A stretch of 64,000 nucleotides of DNA, from the NCBI GenBank assembly GCA_046483505.1, contig JAWODB010000123.1, positions 8,371 to 72,370 of the forward strand, in the 5' to 3' direction. The DNA comes from Phycisphaerae bacterium (GTDB lineage Bacteria > Planctomycetota > Phycisphaerae > FEN-1346). Below are positions 38,610 through 47,804 of this stretch, piece after piece; position 1 is the stretch's first letter, and the number at the start of each line of letters is the position of its first letter. The position numbers and the translations under genes were made by a program. The notes below the pieces were generated by a model. The model made no database searches, was not told the DNA's origin, and saw only the letters and a list, made by a program, of their open reading frames with translations.

Positions 38610-39737
38610 CTACTCCTCCTGCGGCGTCATCGCGTCGAGGAGTTCACGATTGGACGGATACTTCTCCATCGCCTTCAGGAGCGTTTCGAGCGCCTCGACG
38701 GGCCGGTTGCCGGCCAGGCGCCGGCGGATGAGGTGCCGCTTGTGCAGGTCGTCCGGCGTCACGAGCCGCTCCTCTTTGCGCGTGCCGGACTGGAGCACGT
38801 CCATGGCGGGCCACAGGCGCCGTTCGGCCAGGTCGCGGTCGAGGACCACCTCCATGTTGCCCGTGCCCTTGAACTCCTGGAAGATGAGGTCGTCCATGCG
38901 GCTGCCGGTCTCGATGAGGCAGGTGGCGATGATCGTCAGGCTCCCGCCGTCCTCGATGTTGCGGGCGGCGCCGAACAGGCGCTTGGGCTCGGCCAGGGCG
39001 TGGATATCCACGCCGCCCGAGAGCGTCCGCCCGCTGGAGGGCACGGCCTTGTTGAACGCCCGCCCGAGGCGGGTCAGGCTGTCGAGGAAGACGACGACGT
39101 CGCGGCCGAACTCCACGTCGGCCTTCGCCTTGGCGAACGTCAGGCGCGACAGGCGCACGTGCTGCTGCACGTCCTGGTCGTTCGACGAGGCCAGCACCTC
39201 GGCGCCCGTCGCCCGTTTGAAGTGGGTGACCTCCTCCGGCCGCTCGTCCACCAGCAGCATGATGACGTGGACCTCCGGGTTGTTCGTACGGACGGCGGTG
39301 GCCATGTGCTCGAGCAGGATGGTCTTGCCGGCCCGCGGCGGCGAGACGATCAGCCCCCGCTGCCCCTTGCCGATGGGCGTCAGGAGGTCCAGGCAGCGGG
39401 TGGTCAGCGGCTCGGGGCCCGTCTCGAGCCAGAGCGTTTCCTCCGGATCGATGACCGTGAGGTCCTCGAACCGCGCGAGGCCCTTGTAGGCCTCCGGGTC
39501 CTCGCCGCAGATGGTCCGGACTTCGGCCAGTTGCAGGCCGCGGCCCTTCTTGTCCGGGCGGGTTGGCCCTTCGAGGGTGGCGCCGGTCCGCAGATTGTAC
39601 CGGCTGACGAGTCCCGGCGGCACGAAGATGTCGTTGCCGGTAGGACGGAAGTTCTGCTCCTCGTGCCGCAGGAAGCCGTAGCCGCGCTCCTGGAGTTCGA
39701 GCACGCCACGGGCCGTGTCATTTCCCGAATCGGACAT
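38610..39737 (-). CDS. rho: Transcription termination factor Rho (short N-terminus)
   Basis: SD AGGAG 7 nt upstream of the ATG. Cold-shock-like RNA-binding domain GVLELQERGYGFLR at residue ~10, Walker A GQRGLIVSPPRAGKT, Q- and R-loops. The ~45-aa N-terminal helix bundle of E. coli Rho appears absent. Confidence 0.9.
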   Translation of the reverse strand: MSDSGNDTARGVLELQERGYGFLRHEEQNFRPTGNDIFVPPGLVSRYNLRTGATLEGPTRPDKKGRGLQLAEVRTICGEDPEAYKGLARFEDLTVIDPEETLWLETGPEPLTTRCLDLLTPIGKGQRGLIVSPPRAGKTILLEHMATAVRTNNPEVHVIMLLVDERPEEVTHFKRATGAEVLASSNDQDVQQHVRLSRLTFAKAKADVEFGRDVVVFLDSLTRLGRAFNKAVPSSGRTLSGGVDIHALAEPKRLFGAARNIEDGGSLTIIATCLIETGSRMDDLIFQEFKGTGNMEVVLDRDLAERRLWPAMDVLQSGTRKEERLVTPDDLHKRHLIRRRLAGNRPVEALETLLKAMEKYPSNRELLDAMTPQEE

Positions 39738-39889
39738 GGCACTCCTAACGGGTCACACAAGGTCACGCCGGGCGGCTGCAGGGTCCCGGCCGAGACAAAG
39801 GGAATCGAGAAAGACGAAGAACGTATTAAGGATACCAACCGGCGGGACGATGTAAAGGGCAAAAATCCGGGCAACGCGGTCCCTGGTCC

Positions 39890-40130
39890 CTTGTCTCTGG
39901 TCCTTGGTCCGGTGCCGTTGTGCCGTCTGGCCTTGGCTTGGGTCTTGGGGCTTGTGGCTCGTTGTCATGGCTTGTCGCTTGAGGCTTGGGGCTTGCGGCC
40001 TGTGGCTTGAGTCTTGCGGCTTGTTCCTCTTGGCTCGCGGCCCGTGTCCTATCGAGCCGCGGCGCGCCGCGGCCTACGGCTTGGCTCGTGGCTTGGGCTT
40101 GTGGCTCGCAGTTGTGGCTTTCGGGGGCCG
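39890..40130 (-). promoter_or_regulatory. rho 5' leader with ~20 tandem CAAGCC-type repeats (C-rich, G-poor on the mRNA strand); candidate rut site for Rho autoregulation
   Basis: Plus strand reads ggcttgggtcttggggcttgtggctcg...ggcttgagtcttgcggcttg...ggcttgggcttgtggctcg. The reverse complement, which is the rho mRNA, is a C>>G pyrimidine-rich tract located 150-400 nt upstream of the rho ATG. Confidence 0.4.
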
Positions 40131-40195
40131 CCGCCAAAACCGTCTGGCGGGCTTGCAAAACGGCCCCCTGCCCGGTAGAATGCGATGCTCGGACT

Positions 40196-40271
40196 GGGGG
40201 AGTAGCTCAGTTGGTAGAGCAACGGCCTTTTAAGCCGTGGGTCCAGGGTTCGAGTCCCTGCTCCCTCACCA
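40196..40271 (+). tRNA. tRNA-Lys (anticodon UUU)
   Basis: Cloverleaf folded by hand: acceptor gggggag/ctccctc, D-arm gctc-agttggta-gagc, anticodon stem acggc/gccgt with loop cTTTTaa, T-arm caggg-ttcgagt-ccctg. Encoded CCA. Confidence 0.85.
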
Positions 40272-40351
40272 GCAGGATTGCGGATTTCGGATTGCGGAGT
40301 TCGGATTCGAGATTCGCAATCGGAGCATCAAGACGAGAGACGAACGCACGT

Positions 40352-40426
40352 GGCCCCATCGTCCAGTGGTTAGGACACGGCCCTTTCAAGGCCGCGACAC
40401 GGGTTCGACTCCCGTTGGGGTCACCA
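40352..40426 (+). tRNA. tRNA-Glu (anticodon UUC)
   Basis: Acceptor ggcccca/tggggtc, anticodon stem cggcc/ggccg with loop cTTTCaa, T-arm acggg-ttcgact-cccgt. Encoded CCA. Confidence 0.85.
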
Positions 40427-40738
40427 TTGAAACGGGCGAAGCCCGTTTCAATGGTAGAGCAGGAGAACACGAGAAAGGAGAGAGGAGAGCACGGCCAGGA
40501 ACGACAAAGGCACAAACGGCTTGATGGCGCGGCGCCCCGTTCTCCTGCGGTCTACTCTCTACTTTCTACTGCCCTGGTCGTTGTCGTTTGACGTTGAATG
40601 GTAGCCCAGGCCGCAACACCGCATTCGCCCTTGACAACGCCGCCTGCACCGGGTTTATTGAATTGAAGGGACGCGGATTTGTCCGGCGGTCCACCTCGCG
40701 GGCCGCATGAGCCAATCCGAAATCCGCAATCGAATATT

Positions 40739-40814
40739 GGCCCCATCGTCCAGCGGTCTAGGACATGGCCCTCTCAAGGCCAAGACACGGGTTCGAGTCC
40801 CGTTGGGGTCACCA
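40739..40814 (+). tRNA. tRNA-Glu (anticodon CUC)
   Basis: Near-duplicate of the previous tRNA but with anticodon loop cCTCTCaa (CTC). T-arm acggg-ttcgagt-cccgt. CCA encoded. Confidence 0.85.
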
Positions 40815-40827
40815 GTACTCCAGAACG

Positions 40828-40866
40828 GTGCGACCGCATGCATTTGCATGCGGTCGCATTGTTTCG
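40828..40866 (+). terminator. Intrinsic terminator-like hairpin after the tRNA cluster
   Basis: gtgcgaccgcatgca-ttt-gcatgcggtcgca forms a 13-bp perfect stem and is followed by ttgtttc. Confidence 0.45.
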
Positions 40867-41247
40867 CAAGCCTTTGCAAGGGGCCAAGTTAGAACCGGGC
40901 CCGGAATCCCGCCGATCCCCCGGTGCAACGCCGTGCGACCCAATGCGACCGTACGCTGCACCGCATTCTGCACCACTTCTTGACGGTCGGCACCCTGGGC
41001 CCGCACCTACGCCAACCGGAGACGCGCTCCGCGGTGCACGGCCGTCCGCGTTGCACCGCCCTGCACCCCTCACCGCATCGTCTGTCACAGCCGCCCGTTG
41101 CGTATTGTCCCATGATGCATCGCTCCCCGTTGATAGAACGCTATTGCACGTACGAGTCAACGTGGTAGCATGGGCTGGGTTGAGGATAGGCCGCGGGCCT
41201 CGTACAAGTTAGTGGAGGTCACTGGCCCGCACAGAAAGGGGTGCAGG

Positions 41248-44200
41248 ATGCGCTGTGCCGCGACAATACTCTTCCTTGTCGCCGCCCTTGCCGGTCCAGT
41301 GCGACCGGCCGATCGTCCGGCGGTCCCGCGTACGTCCATGCCAGAGCGGGTGCAGAAGATCTTTCGACGGGCCATCGAGACCTACCCCTACGACGGCCGC
41401 CGGAAGGCCGAGGAGCGGGCGAGGAACCTCGAGGCCCTCGACCAGATACGCGAGGGACCGTGGCCCGACCTCGGACGCTTGAAGCGCGTCCGCCTGCACT
41501 TCCACTCGGATTTGTATGAGAGGGACTTCACCGCGACCGCCTGGCGGGTCCACGCGGCCGAGGGCGCCGAAACGGACGGTCTCCTGCTGGTGGCACCGGA
41601 CCTGACGGCCCGCCCGTTCCCGGCCGGGGCGTTCACCCGTGTCGAGCCGGTCGACTATGCCGAGGAACTCGCCACCCTCGTCCGCGTTCTCGAGAAACCG
41701 GAGTCCGAACGGCCGGACGAGTGGGACCTGGTGCTGCTGCCGGGCGGAGGGGGCCACGCGATGCGGTTCCACAGCACAATTCTCCTGCTGCACCACGCTT
41801 ACGCTGCCGCCTGGCTCGGCCGGGAGGACGAGGCTGGCCGCCTCCTCCGCGAACTCCTCGGGGGCGGCGAGGCGGCCTTCGCCTACGCCTGCACGCGCCT
41901 GGGGGATCGCTGGTTCCTCTGGGGCACTCGGATGCTCAGCGAGGACCGTCCCTGGGCCGGCGTCCTCGACCAGTGGCGCGAAACGCTTCGTTACTTCCCC
42001 AACTGGCGGTATCCCGACCAACTGCGGGAGGTGGTGTCGCGGCTCGAGGAGCAGGTCCCCGAGATGGCCCGCTTGGCCGAGACCGACGTGGCCGACCCCG
42101 CTGCCTTGCCGCCCCAGGAGCGCATCGCTTGTTACGCCGCCCGGCTGCCGGAGGTGCGCGGCGCTCAGACCAGGATACCGGGTTCCGCCCGCGCGTTGCG
42201 GATGGGCCAGCGGACGCGCGTGAGCGACGCCCTCGTGGCCATCGGCCGGCCCGCCGTGCCCGCCCTCCTCGACCGCCTCGATGACCGCCGCATCACGCGG
42301 TCGGTGGCGGACAGCCTCGCCCCGAAGTTGGCCATCCTGCGGGTCCAGGACGTGGCCATCCAGTGCATCGAAGCCATTGTGGACCTGCAATTCTATAGAC
42401 CCTCGACCACCAGTTCATCCATGTCGAGCGAAGCGCCGCAGATCCGCGAGACGGTGATCGAGGATATACGAACCTGGTGGCAAGAGCACGGGCAGAAGTC
42501 GGCACTGGCCGGCTTCCTGGGTCGCCTGAACCAGACCGAGAACCTCCGCCGCCGGATTGCGACCCTCGGCAAGATCGAGGCCACGGACGCCGACGCCGTC
42601 GATTCGGTGGCCCGCCTGAAAGAGTGGGCCGTCGAGGCGAACCGGTCCGGGTTGCGGGACATCATCGAGGCGCTCCTGGAGCGGGGCGACACGTCCCTCC
42701 TGCCGGCGGCGATGGAGGCCGCCCGCCGGGCCCTCCGCGACGGACGCCTCGACTGCGTCCGCACGCTGCTCGACCACGGCGGTCCGGACGACTTCCGCGT
42801 CCTGCGCGAGGCGGTCGAACGCGAACGGGCCCGCGTCGCGGCCCCGGAATCGTCCGCCCTGCTGAAGTTCCTCCGGTATCACCTGCCGCGCGTGGACCGC
42901 CCCGTCGCCGTGCCGCTGCTCGTCGATTGCCTTGGCGACCGCCGGCTGACCAAGTCCCGCCAGGTTCTCGGCCGGAAGGAACGCCTCCGGTTCAGCGCCG
43001 CTGACGATTGCATGCAGGCGCTCATCGACCTGACCGGCCACGACGCGGGCTACCGCAAGAACGCCGACGCCGAGGCGAGGCTGGCCGCTATCGACCGCTG
43101 GCTCGCGTGGTGGAAGCGTGAGGGCCGGGAGGCATTCCTCGCCGCCCACCCGGCCGTGCGGAAAGTGGCCGAGGGCGGCGGCCGGCGCATCGCGCGCCTG
43201 GACCCGGCGGACCTCCCGCCGTCCATCTGGGTCCAGTGGGCCGATGCCGACACCCCCATCGCTTGCCGCGTGCCGCGAGAATCGCTCGTCCGCCTCTTCA
43301 CGCGGGGCGACGTGCAGGCGCGCGCCTTCACGGATGGGTCCGACGCGCCGCCCGCGCCCGGGGCCCGGCACGTCGATCATCACGGCCGGCCCGTCACACA
43401 GGCGCACCAGACGTTCCGATTCACAAGCCGCGATGCCGCATGGCGATGGTTCGAACAGGCCCACCCTCTACCGGCGGAGACCGAGCCCGACCGGCAGCCG
43501 CTCGCCTGCCTCGGCGCAAGCGGCAATATCGAAAGCCTGACCCTCGCCCCGGGCGGCCGGGCCTGGCTGTGGGACGCGTATCCCAAGCAAGAGCCGGACA
43601 TCGTCCGCCGCCGGGTGGAAGAAGGAGCCGCCTCCGACCGGCCCGCCGTGACCGTCGGCGGGGCACAGATTCTCCTCATCGATCCCCGCGACCGCGTGTG
43701 GCTCACCCGGACGGGCGACGCCCACCGGCTGCTCGCCTGCGACCCGGCCGCGCGCCGCTGGCTCCACCGTGAGGCGGGCGACCGCGACGCCCCCGTGCCG
43801 ACGACCGACGCCAAGGGCCGCCGCCTCGATCCGCTCTTCACGGGATCGGCCTATGCGAGCCGGGCCGGCCGGCTCTTCTTCGCCGACCGCTTCGGCCTCC
43901 ACGTCCTCCACGATGACACGTGGTCGTACCACCCGCTGGTCCGCGCCGGTGAAGGCCGCAACCGGCCCGAGCGAACGGCCCCGGAAGGGCTGAGGAACCT
44001 GGAGTTCCGCGAGGACGAGGCAGGAACGCTGTACGTCTGGGCCACCGAGGGCAGGGACGTCGGCGGCCTGACGGTCTTCGACGGTCAGCGCTGGCACGAC
44101 CTCCCTGTTCCGGGCATCCCGAAGGACGTGGTGCCCGTCGGCCCCGGCCGGGCCTGGGTCATCGGCGAGGGGCCGCTCGTCTATCGGGTGGAGAACGGAC

Positions 44201-44784
44201 GGGTCGCGGCCGAGCACGGCCTTGCCGACCTGTTGCCCGAGGGCCTACGGGCCCGGACGGGCCGATTCGTCGCAGCAAGCGGCGGCCGCGTGTACTTCTA
44301 CCTCGAGGACGTGACCCGCGTTAGGCCCCTCGAGAAACGCGAGGGCGCCGCGATGGTCCTCCACCCCGACGGCACCGTCGAGACTCTCGGCGAGACGGCC
44401 GCTGCGTTCCTCCGTACCTATGCCCTCAGCCGCACCGTCGGCCCGGACGGATGGATCTGGCAGAGCGGCGACGGGTTCCTCCAAGGGATGTCGCCGGACG
44501 GGCGCCAGGTCCTTACTCGGCCGACGGTCCGGCACCTGACGCATATTCGCGTTCGGGCCGTCGACGAGGAGGGCACGCTCTACCTCCATGCCAGCCGGCA
44601 CTGGTGGCGGCTGCGACCGCCGGGAGAGGCCGAGCCCGCGGCCGCCCAGCTGCCGCGCCTGCCCGCCGTCCGCACCGGCATCCACGGCCTGGCCTGGCCG
44701 GACGACCGCGGCCGCATGTGGTGCACGTGGGATCGGCCGGACCACCGGGTGTCACATCGTTCTGGATCCCTTTGCCGCCAATGA
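41248..44784 (+). CDS. Large secreted hypothetical protein (HEAT/ARM-like helical repeats plus beta-propeller-like C-terminal half)
   Basis: ATG 41248 with AAAGGGG upstream. Signal peptide MRCAATILFLVAALAGPVRPA. 1178 aa, high GC3. Its TGA stop overlaps the next ATG (ATGA) at 44781-44784. Confidence 0.6.
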   Translation: MRCAATILFLVAALAGPVRPADRPAVPRTSMPERVQKIFRRAIETYPYDGRRKAEERARNLEALDQIREGPWPDLGRLKRVRLHFHSDLYERDFTATAWRVHAAEGAETDGLLLVAPDLTARPFPAGAFTRVEPVDYAEELATLVRVLEKPESERPDEWDLVLLPGGGGHAMRFHSTILLLHHAYAAAWLGREDEAGRLLRELLGGGEAAFAYACTRLGDRWFLWGTRMLSEDRPWAGVLDQWRETLRYFPNWRYPDQLREVVSRLEEQVPEMARLAETDVADPAALPPQERIACYAARLPEVRGAQTRIPGSARALRMGQRTRVSDALVAIGRPAVPALLDRLDDRRITRSVADSLAPKLAILRVQDVAIQCIEAIVDLQFYRPSTTSSSMSSEAPQIRETVIEDIRTWWQEHGQKSALAGFLGRLNQTENLRRRIATLGKIEATDADAVDSVARLKEWAVEANRSGLRDIIEALLERGDTSLLPAAMEAARRALRDGRLDCVRTLLDHGGPDDFRVLREAVERERARVAAPESSALLKFLRYHLPRVDRPVAVPLLVDCLGDRRLTKSRQVLGRKERLRFSAADDCMQALIDLTGHDAGYRKNADAEARLAAIDRWLAWWKREGREAFLAAHPAVRKVAEGGGRRIARLDPADLPPSIWVQWADADTPIACRVPRESLVRLFTRGDVQARAFTDGSDAPPAPGARHVDHHGRPVTQAHQTFRFTSRDAAWRWFEQAHPLPAETEPDRQPLACLGASGNIESLTLAPGGRAWLWDAYPKQEPDIVRRRVEEGAASDRPAVTVGGAQILLIDPRDRVWLTRTGDAHRLLACDPAARRWLHREAGDRDAPVPTTDAKGRRLDPLFTGSAYASRAGRLFFADRFGLHVLHDDTWSYHPLVRAGEGRNRPERTAPEGLRNLEFREDEAGTLYVWATEGRDVGGLTVFDGQRWHDLPVPGIPKDVVPVGPGRAWVIGEGPLVYRVENGRVAAEHGLADLLPEGLRARTGRFVAASGGRVYFYLEDVTRVRPLEKREGAAMVLHPDGTVETLGETAAAFLRTYALSRTVGPDGWIWQSGDGFLQGMSPDGRQVLTRPTVRHLTHIRVRAVDEEGTLYLHASRHWWRLRPPGEAEPAAAQLPRLPAVRTGIHGLAWPDDRGRMWCTWDRPDHRVSHRSGSLCRQ

Positions 44785-45247
44785 AGGAGCCGTCGTCGCC
44801 GGCGATAAGGCAGGAGGCCAGGCGCCTTGCCGCGGACCGTATCTGCTTCGAGATCGAGAGGAGCAGCGGCAAGGCCCGGGAGAACCTCCGCCGCGTGCTC
44901 GAAACGCCCGTTTTCAGCGGCTTGAACGAGGCGCCCGAGAAAGCGGAACCCAAAGAAGGCGGCGACGGGGACAGACGCGACCCAAAGGGGCGTCGCTCTG
45001 GGACGTGGAGTCGGGCCGCGAGATTCGTCGGCTGCATCACAACCTGGAGGGGATCGTGGGCTTCAGTCCCGACGGCAAGACCTTCATCGTGACCGAGGAG
45101 GGACGACCAGCCGCGCTGTACAGCGCGGAGACGGGAGAGGTCCTTCGGCGGTACGAGTTGGACGAGGCGCTCAGCGATGCAGCGGCCGGAGATGCGGACC
45201 GTGAGGGCCAGACCGGGGAGAAACCCCTCAGGGTCAAACCCGCGTGA
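44781..45247 (+). pseudogene. Frameshifted remnant of a WD40-repeat gene, translationally coupled to the upstream gene
   Basis: Frame 1 from the ATG: MKEPSSPAIRQEARRLAADRICFEIERSSGKAREN.... A second frame from ~44990 reads ...SLWDVESGREIRRLHHNLEGIVGFSPDGKTFIVTEEGRPAALYSAETGEVLRRY, a WD40 repeat resembling the intact WD40 gene at 59326. It ends where the repeat island begins. Confidence 0.35.
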
Positions 45248-45441
45248 CTGAACGCACACACCCCCTCTGTCACACGCGGCGACGGGTTGTGGGCTGGCGG
45301 AATGGCGTTGCACGCGGGAGAGCGCCGGCAGACCGAGGCCTGCAGCCCCCAAACCCGTGTGACTGACCGCCCCCGCCTCTCTGTCACACGCGGCGACGGT
45401 CCGGGGGCCCGCGGAATGCCGTTGCACGCGGGGGGGGGGGC
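45237..45441. repeat. Two tandem copies (period ~117 bp) of a structured repeat: GTGTGACTGACCGCAC..CTCTGTCACACGCGGCGACGGTCTGTGGGC..GGAATGCCGTTGCACGCGGGAGAGCG..; ends in an 11-nt poly-G
   Basis: Internal inverted repeat GTGTGAC...GTCACAC. Five further copies or partial copies follow, one between every pair of ORFs downstream. Confidence 0.6.
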
Positions 45442-45518
45442 AGCGTAGAGTGTGAGGAGTTGTATGCGTACACGCGTCGGTAGGTGAAGCGCTAACCTCT
45501 TGTGGCGGAGATGGGGCT

Positions 45519-46484
45519 ATGTCCAAGCGGAACGGCACCCTGAGCCGCGGTTCGCACCTGCTCCTCGTTGCCGGGTCTACAGGGATACTTGCCCTGCTTG
45601 CTGGCTGTAACGGCGAAAACCTGTTGGACAAGAATTACGCCTGGGTCGCGGAGATGATCGTCGAGCCGAGAATGAATACGCCCGTAGAGACGATTGAGGC
45701 AGCCCCCGTGCCCAGCGCCGAGACCGTCACGCTCGGAGAACTCAGGATCGACATGCCGGAGGGGTGGGAGGTTGGCGACGTCCGGCCCGAGGTGGATGAA
45801 ACGACAGGCGAGGTCGTGTGGTTCATGCTGCCGATCCACTCCGTCCCCGGCCTCGGAGAGTGCCGTCTCATGCTTCAGTATACGCGCGAGGCAACGTGGC
45901 CGATCGAGCCGGTCTTTTACCGAAAGGCCGTGGAGCCGTTCTACCCCGAGCCGGACTCGTTTTTCGGCGAGTATGCGTCAGACCTGGACCTGTTCGAGAC
46001 CATTCATAACCAGTTGCCGGGCATCATGGTGTACGTGCGGTCCCGTGACATAGTACGGAAGATTCTGGCTCGCCTGGCGCTCAAGCAGACGGTAATCGAG
46101 CACAGGCCGGCCAAACGGCTCGACACGCAACGGGCGCACGCCTTCCTGGCGATTAAGGAGAAGTGGTTGGTTGCCGAAGTGTTCGATGAAGTTGGCCGGT
46201 TCCGCGGCCTCATCACTGTGGGAACTGAAGCGTATGCTCGGGGAGCAGACGGGACCGGCGAAGACCAGAACGAGGTGAGCATCGCTGGCGCGTTGGCCCC
46301 GGCAGCAAAGAACCTGCTGGGCCCGGAACTGGCGACGCCAGGACTTACACGGCGCGTCGCCATGGACCTGGCCGAGGAGTTTTTCTTGCAGATCCTCGCG
46401 AACGCACACTTCGCGCCGTCACCTGAAGGCAAGAAGCCCGGTTTCCGATTCGTGCCTGCTCCGAAGTCTGGCGAGCGGCCGTGA
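45519..46484 (+). CDS. Hypothetical lipoprotein (cassette-like ORF 1)
   Basis: GGAG SD. MSKRNGTLSRGSHLLLVAGSTGILALLAGCNGE carries a lipobox. GC ~57% with many A/T-ending codons, unlike the ~70% GC core genes. Confidence 0.55.
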   Translation: MSKRNGTLSRGSHLLLVAGSTGILALLAGCNGENLLDKNYAWVAEMIVEPRMNTPVETIEAAPVPSAETVTLGELRIDMPEGWEVGDVRPEVDETTGEVVWFMLPIHSVPGLGECRLMLQYTREATWPIEPVFYRKAVEPFYPEPDSFFGEYASDLDLFETIHNQLPGIMVYVRSRDIVRKILARLALKQTVIEHRPAKRLDTQRAHAFLAIKEKWLVAEVFDEVGRFRGLITVGTEAYARGADGTGEDQNEVSIAGALAPAAKNLLGPELATPGLTRRVAMDLAEEFFLQILANAHFAPSPEGKKPGFRFVPAPKSGERP

Positions 46485-46512
46485 GCCATGAAGGCTCCTC
46501 ACCTACGAAAAC

Positions 46513-46650
46513 CCCGTTGCACGCGGCAGGCCGGTGTCAGGCCGAGGACACCAGGCTCAACCCCGTGTGACTGACCGCACCCAGCCCCTCGGTCACACGC
46601 GGCGACGGTCTGTGGGCTGGCGGAATGCCGTTGTGCGCGAGGGGTGGGGG
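46513..46650. repeat. Structured ~117-bp repeat copy (1.2 units)
   Basis: ccgttgcacgcggcaggccg...cgtgtgactgaccgcacccagcccctcggtcacacgcggcgacggtctgtgggctggcggaatgccgttgtgcgcgagg. Confidence 0.6.
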
Positions 46651-46678
46651 CGGTAGTGTGGTCTGATGCACGGCCACA

Positions 46679-47020
46679 GTGCCAATGGCGCGTTCCAAGG
46701 ATTCTCCCGTGACTCGAGGGAATAGGAATCTGCTGATTGGCTGGGCGGCGAGTTCGCTGTCACCTTGGCTGCTCACCTCCCTTGCCTTCATCGTCTCGGT
46801 CCTGGTGGATGTTGACCTTTGGCCTGCTGACCCGGGGCTTTCCCTGTTAGTCCTCGATGTTCTTGGCTTGGCGGGTGGCGTGTGCTGTGCTTTCGCGATG
46901 CGCTTGCCACCGTGGACCCGCGCGTTGATCGCGTTCGGCACGCTTCCTTTACTGGCGATAGGCCATTTCATGACTCTTCTCATGGTGATGCAGTTTGGCG
47001 ATTTCAGCGGGATACAGTGA
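46679..47020 (+). CDS. Small hypothetical membrane protein (cassette-like ORF 2)
   Basis: GTG at 46679 or ATG at 46685. 3-4 predicted transmembrane helices (LLIGWAASSLSPWLLTSLAFIVSVLV...). Strongly atypical codon usage (cgt, gat, tct, aat, att). Confidence 0.45.
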   Translation: MPMARSKDSPVTRGNRNLLIGWAASSLSPWLLTSLAFIVSVLVDVDLWPADPGLSLLVLDVLGLAGGVCCAFAMRLPPWTRALIAFGTLPLLAIGHFMTLLMVMQFGDFSGIQ

Positions 47021-47085
47021 CCCCATGAGACACCATCCCACGCATGCTTTTGCCGTCTCACGGTTGCCTGGTCCACGCGCCCGCC

Positions 47086-47210
47086 CAATGCCGTTGCACG
47101 CGGGAGAGCGCGGGCAGGCCGAGCCCAGCATAGCCGCACCCGTGTGACCGAACGCACCGCCTCTCCGTCACAGGCAGCGACGGTCTGTGGGCCCGAGGAA
47201 TGCCGTGCGG
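47086..47210. repeat. Structured ~117-bp repeat copy
   Basis: aatgccgttgcacgcgggagagcgcgggcaggccgagcccagcatagccgcacccgtgtgaccgaacgcaccgcctctccgtcacaggcagcgacggtctgtgggcccgaggaatgcc. Confidence 0.6.
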
Positions 47211-47222
47211 AGGAGACTTGCC

Positions 47223-47690
47223 ATGAGGAAACGCAGTGGCGTAAATCCGGGGCGGGTAGCCTCGGTCCTAATGTGGGCCCTGTGCTCCCTCGAATTCGGC
47301 TGTTGTATGTTCCCAATGGACGGCCTTGTTGAGCTCGAAGGGAGAGTGGTGGAGGCGGCGACAGACCTCGGCCATTTTGAGCCGACAGAAAGCATGCCGC
47401 CGGAAACAGTCGAAAACATTGAGGGGGCAACGGTGGAACTCTGGACGAGAGATGGGACGAGGAGGTTGGCATCATGGACCACCCAGAAGGGTGATGCTGG
47501 CTATTTTGATGTGGGTTATACAGGCAAGTACGAGCCTGGACGGGAGTACATTCTCCGCGTGTCTGCCCCAGACTATCAGGCGTTGGAGGCGCGAATACAT
47601 ATGGAGCGGCATGGATACGGAGTAATATACCTGGCCCCCTCGGGTACGGAAGACGCCGAACAGAGTACTGCCGAGAGCCCACCCAAGTAA
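47223..47690 (+). CDS. Hypothetical exported protein (cassette-like ORF 3)
   Basis: ATG 47223, just past the repeat: MRKRSGVNPGRVASVLMWALCSLEFGCCMFPMDG.... The track start 47187 lies inside the repeat. Possible carboxypeptidase-regulatory-like beta-sandwich region (VELWTRDGT...YILRVSAPDYQ). Confidence 0.45.
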   Translation: MRKRSGVNPGRVASVLMWALCSLEFGCCMFPMDGLVELEGRVVEAATDLGHFEPTESMPPETVENIEGATVELWTRDGTRRLASWTTQKGDAGYFDVGYTGKYEPGREYILRVSAPDYQALEARIHMERHGYGVIYLAPSGTEDAEQSTAESPPK

Positions 47691-47804
47691 GGCGGGGCCG
47701 CTCAGTGGCCGCCAGCAGACCAGCGTGGAAATCCGGCTGTTGCCCAATACGCCGAGGCCCGGCGGCTGCTCGCGCAGCTGAAAATGAATGCGCCAACGCC
47801 AGCC

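Noticed and set aside
39826-40158. 110-aa minus-strand ORF (…KPQAASPKPQATSHDNEPQAPRPKP…) as a possible N-terminal low-complexity extension of Rho, such as occurs in some phyla.
   Set aside because: Different reading frame from rho, and a stop codon lies between them. The peptide is simply the translation of the CAAGCC DNA repeats.
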